Source: Candidatus Bathyarchaeia archaeon (GTDB taxonomy: Archaea; Thermoproteota; Bathyarchaeia; 40CM-2-53-6). From it: a DNA stretch of 64,000 bases. The notes under the pieces were generated by a model. It saw only the letters and a list, made by a program, of their open reading frames with translations. It ran no database searches and had not been told where the DNA came from. The translations under genes were made by a program, and so were the position numbers. Where the stretch lies: the NCBI GenBank assembly GCA_050013255.1, contig JBEKFP010000003.1:187434-251433 (forward strand). Reading direction: 5' to 3'. Each line of letters begins with the position of its first letter. Position 1 is the first letter of the stretch. Below, in pieces: positions 63,863 through 64,000 of this stretch.

Positions 63863-64000
63863 CTAGGGTACCTGCCGGGTTGGTTTTCCCTTGTAGATGG
63901 CCTCGGAGAAGTTGATGGGTCGCATTTCGGGTTGAGAGAGGATCTCTTCGAAATAATGCGCCGAGAGGCCGGCAACTCGTCCCCAAATGAAGAGGACCTT
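63863..64000 (-). CDS. Citrate/2-methylcitrate synthase family, C-terminal 45 aa (the gene continues beyond the window end)
   Basis: My reverse translation is KVLFIWGRVAGLSAHYFEEILSQPEMRPINFSEAIYKGKPTRQVP*. It matches the citrate-synthase C-terminal pattern (R..G..AH..E......RP...Y.G) and sits near prpD. Confidence 0.55.
   Translation of the reverse strand, partial: KVLFIWGRVAGLSAHYFEEILSQPEMRPINFSEAIYKGKPTRQVP

Overview
This is an archaeal chromosomal window: it carries eukaryote-like replisome genes, an Orc1/Cdc6 gene and an intron-containing tRNA. All calls come from reading the sequence and ORF translations by eye; no searches were run.

**1-33.9 kb (mostly core genes).** A Hel308-MCM-GINS operon is divergent from RFC small and large subunit genes. 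It is followed by MoaB/MoaC, Orc1/Cdc6, a PurM-like protein, an SPC-type P1B ATPase, assorted enzymes, a peptide/nickel-type ABC transporter, an MFS transporter and a GATase. There is also a GC-rich ORF-free structured RNA candidate of about 340 nt.

**About 33.96-53.9 kb (accessory island next to tRNA-Gly(UCC)).** About nine gene cassettes are separated by composite repeats built from GTGTGTG, TGGTGCG(C) (the reverse complement of a tRNA 3' acceptor end) and AATTTGAACC (the reverse complement of a T-loop).
- The largest cassette (40623-49711, 9.1 kb) has modular terminal inverted repeats of about 0.2 kb.
- It carries a solo Cas1 of casposase type, immediately followed by a TIR-domain gene, plus HNH, RHH, a 15-aa-repeat protein, a HEPN-like protein and unknown genes.
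- No family-B polymerase, Cas2 or CRISPR array is present in the window.
- Other cassettes carry two more Rx4H (HEPN-like) proteins, MarC, EamA, a SAM methyltransferase, a TPR protein, small zinc-finger ORFs, a wHTH protein and SRPBCC proteins.

**The tRNA-Gly gene.** It has a 17-nt non-canonical intron. A copy of its own 3' end lies 2.2 kb downstream and a copy of its 5' end lies 4.7 kb upstream.

**54-64 kb.** This stretch holds an AlaX remnant, a five-gene proline-dehydrogenase/sarcosine-oxidase-like cluster, a DpnI-like nuclease, a dyad-rich intergenic region, an M19 dipeptidase, a PrpD gene with a start-codon anomaly, an HD protein and a citrate-synthase C-terminal fragment.
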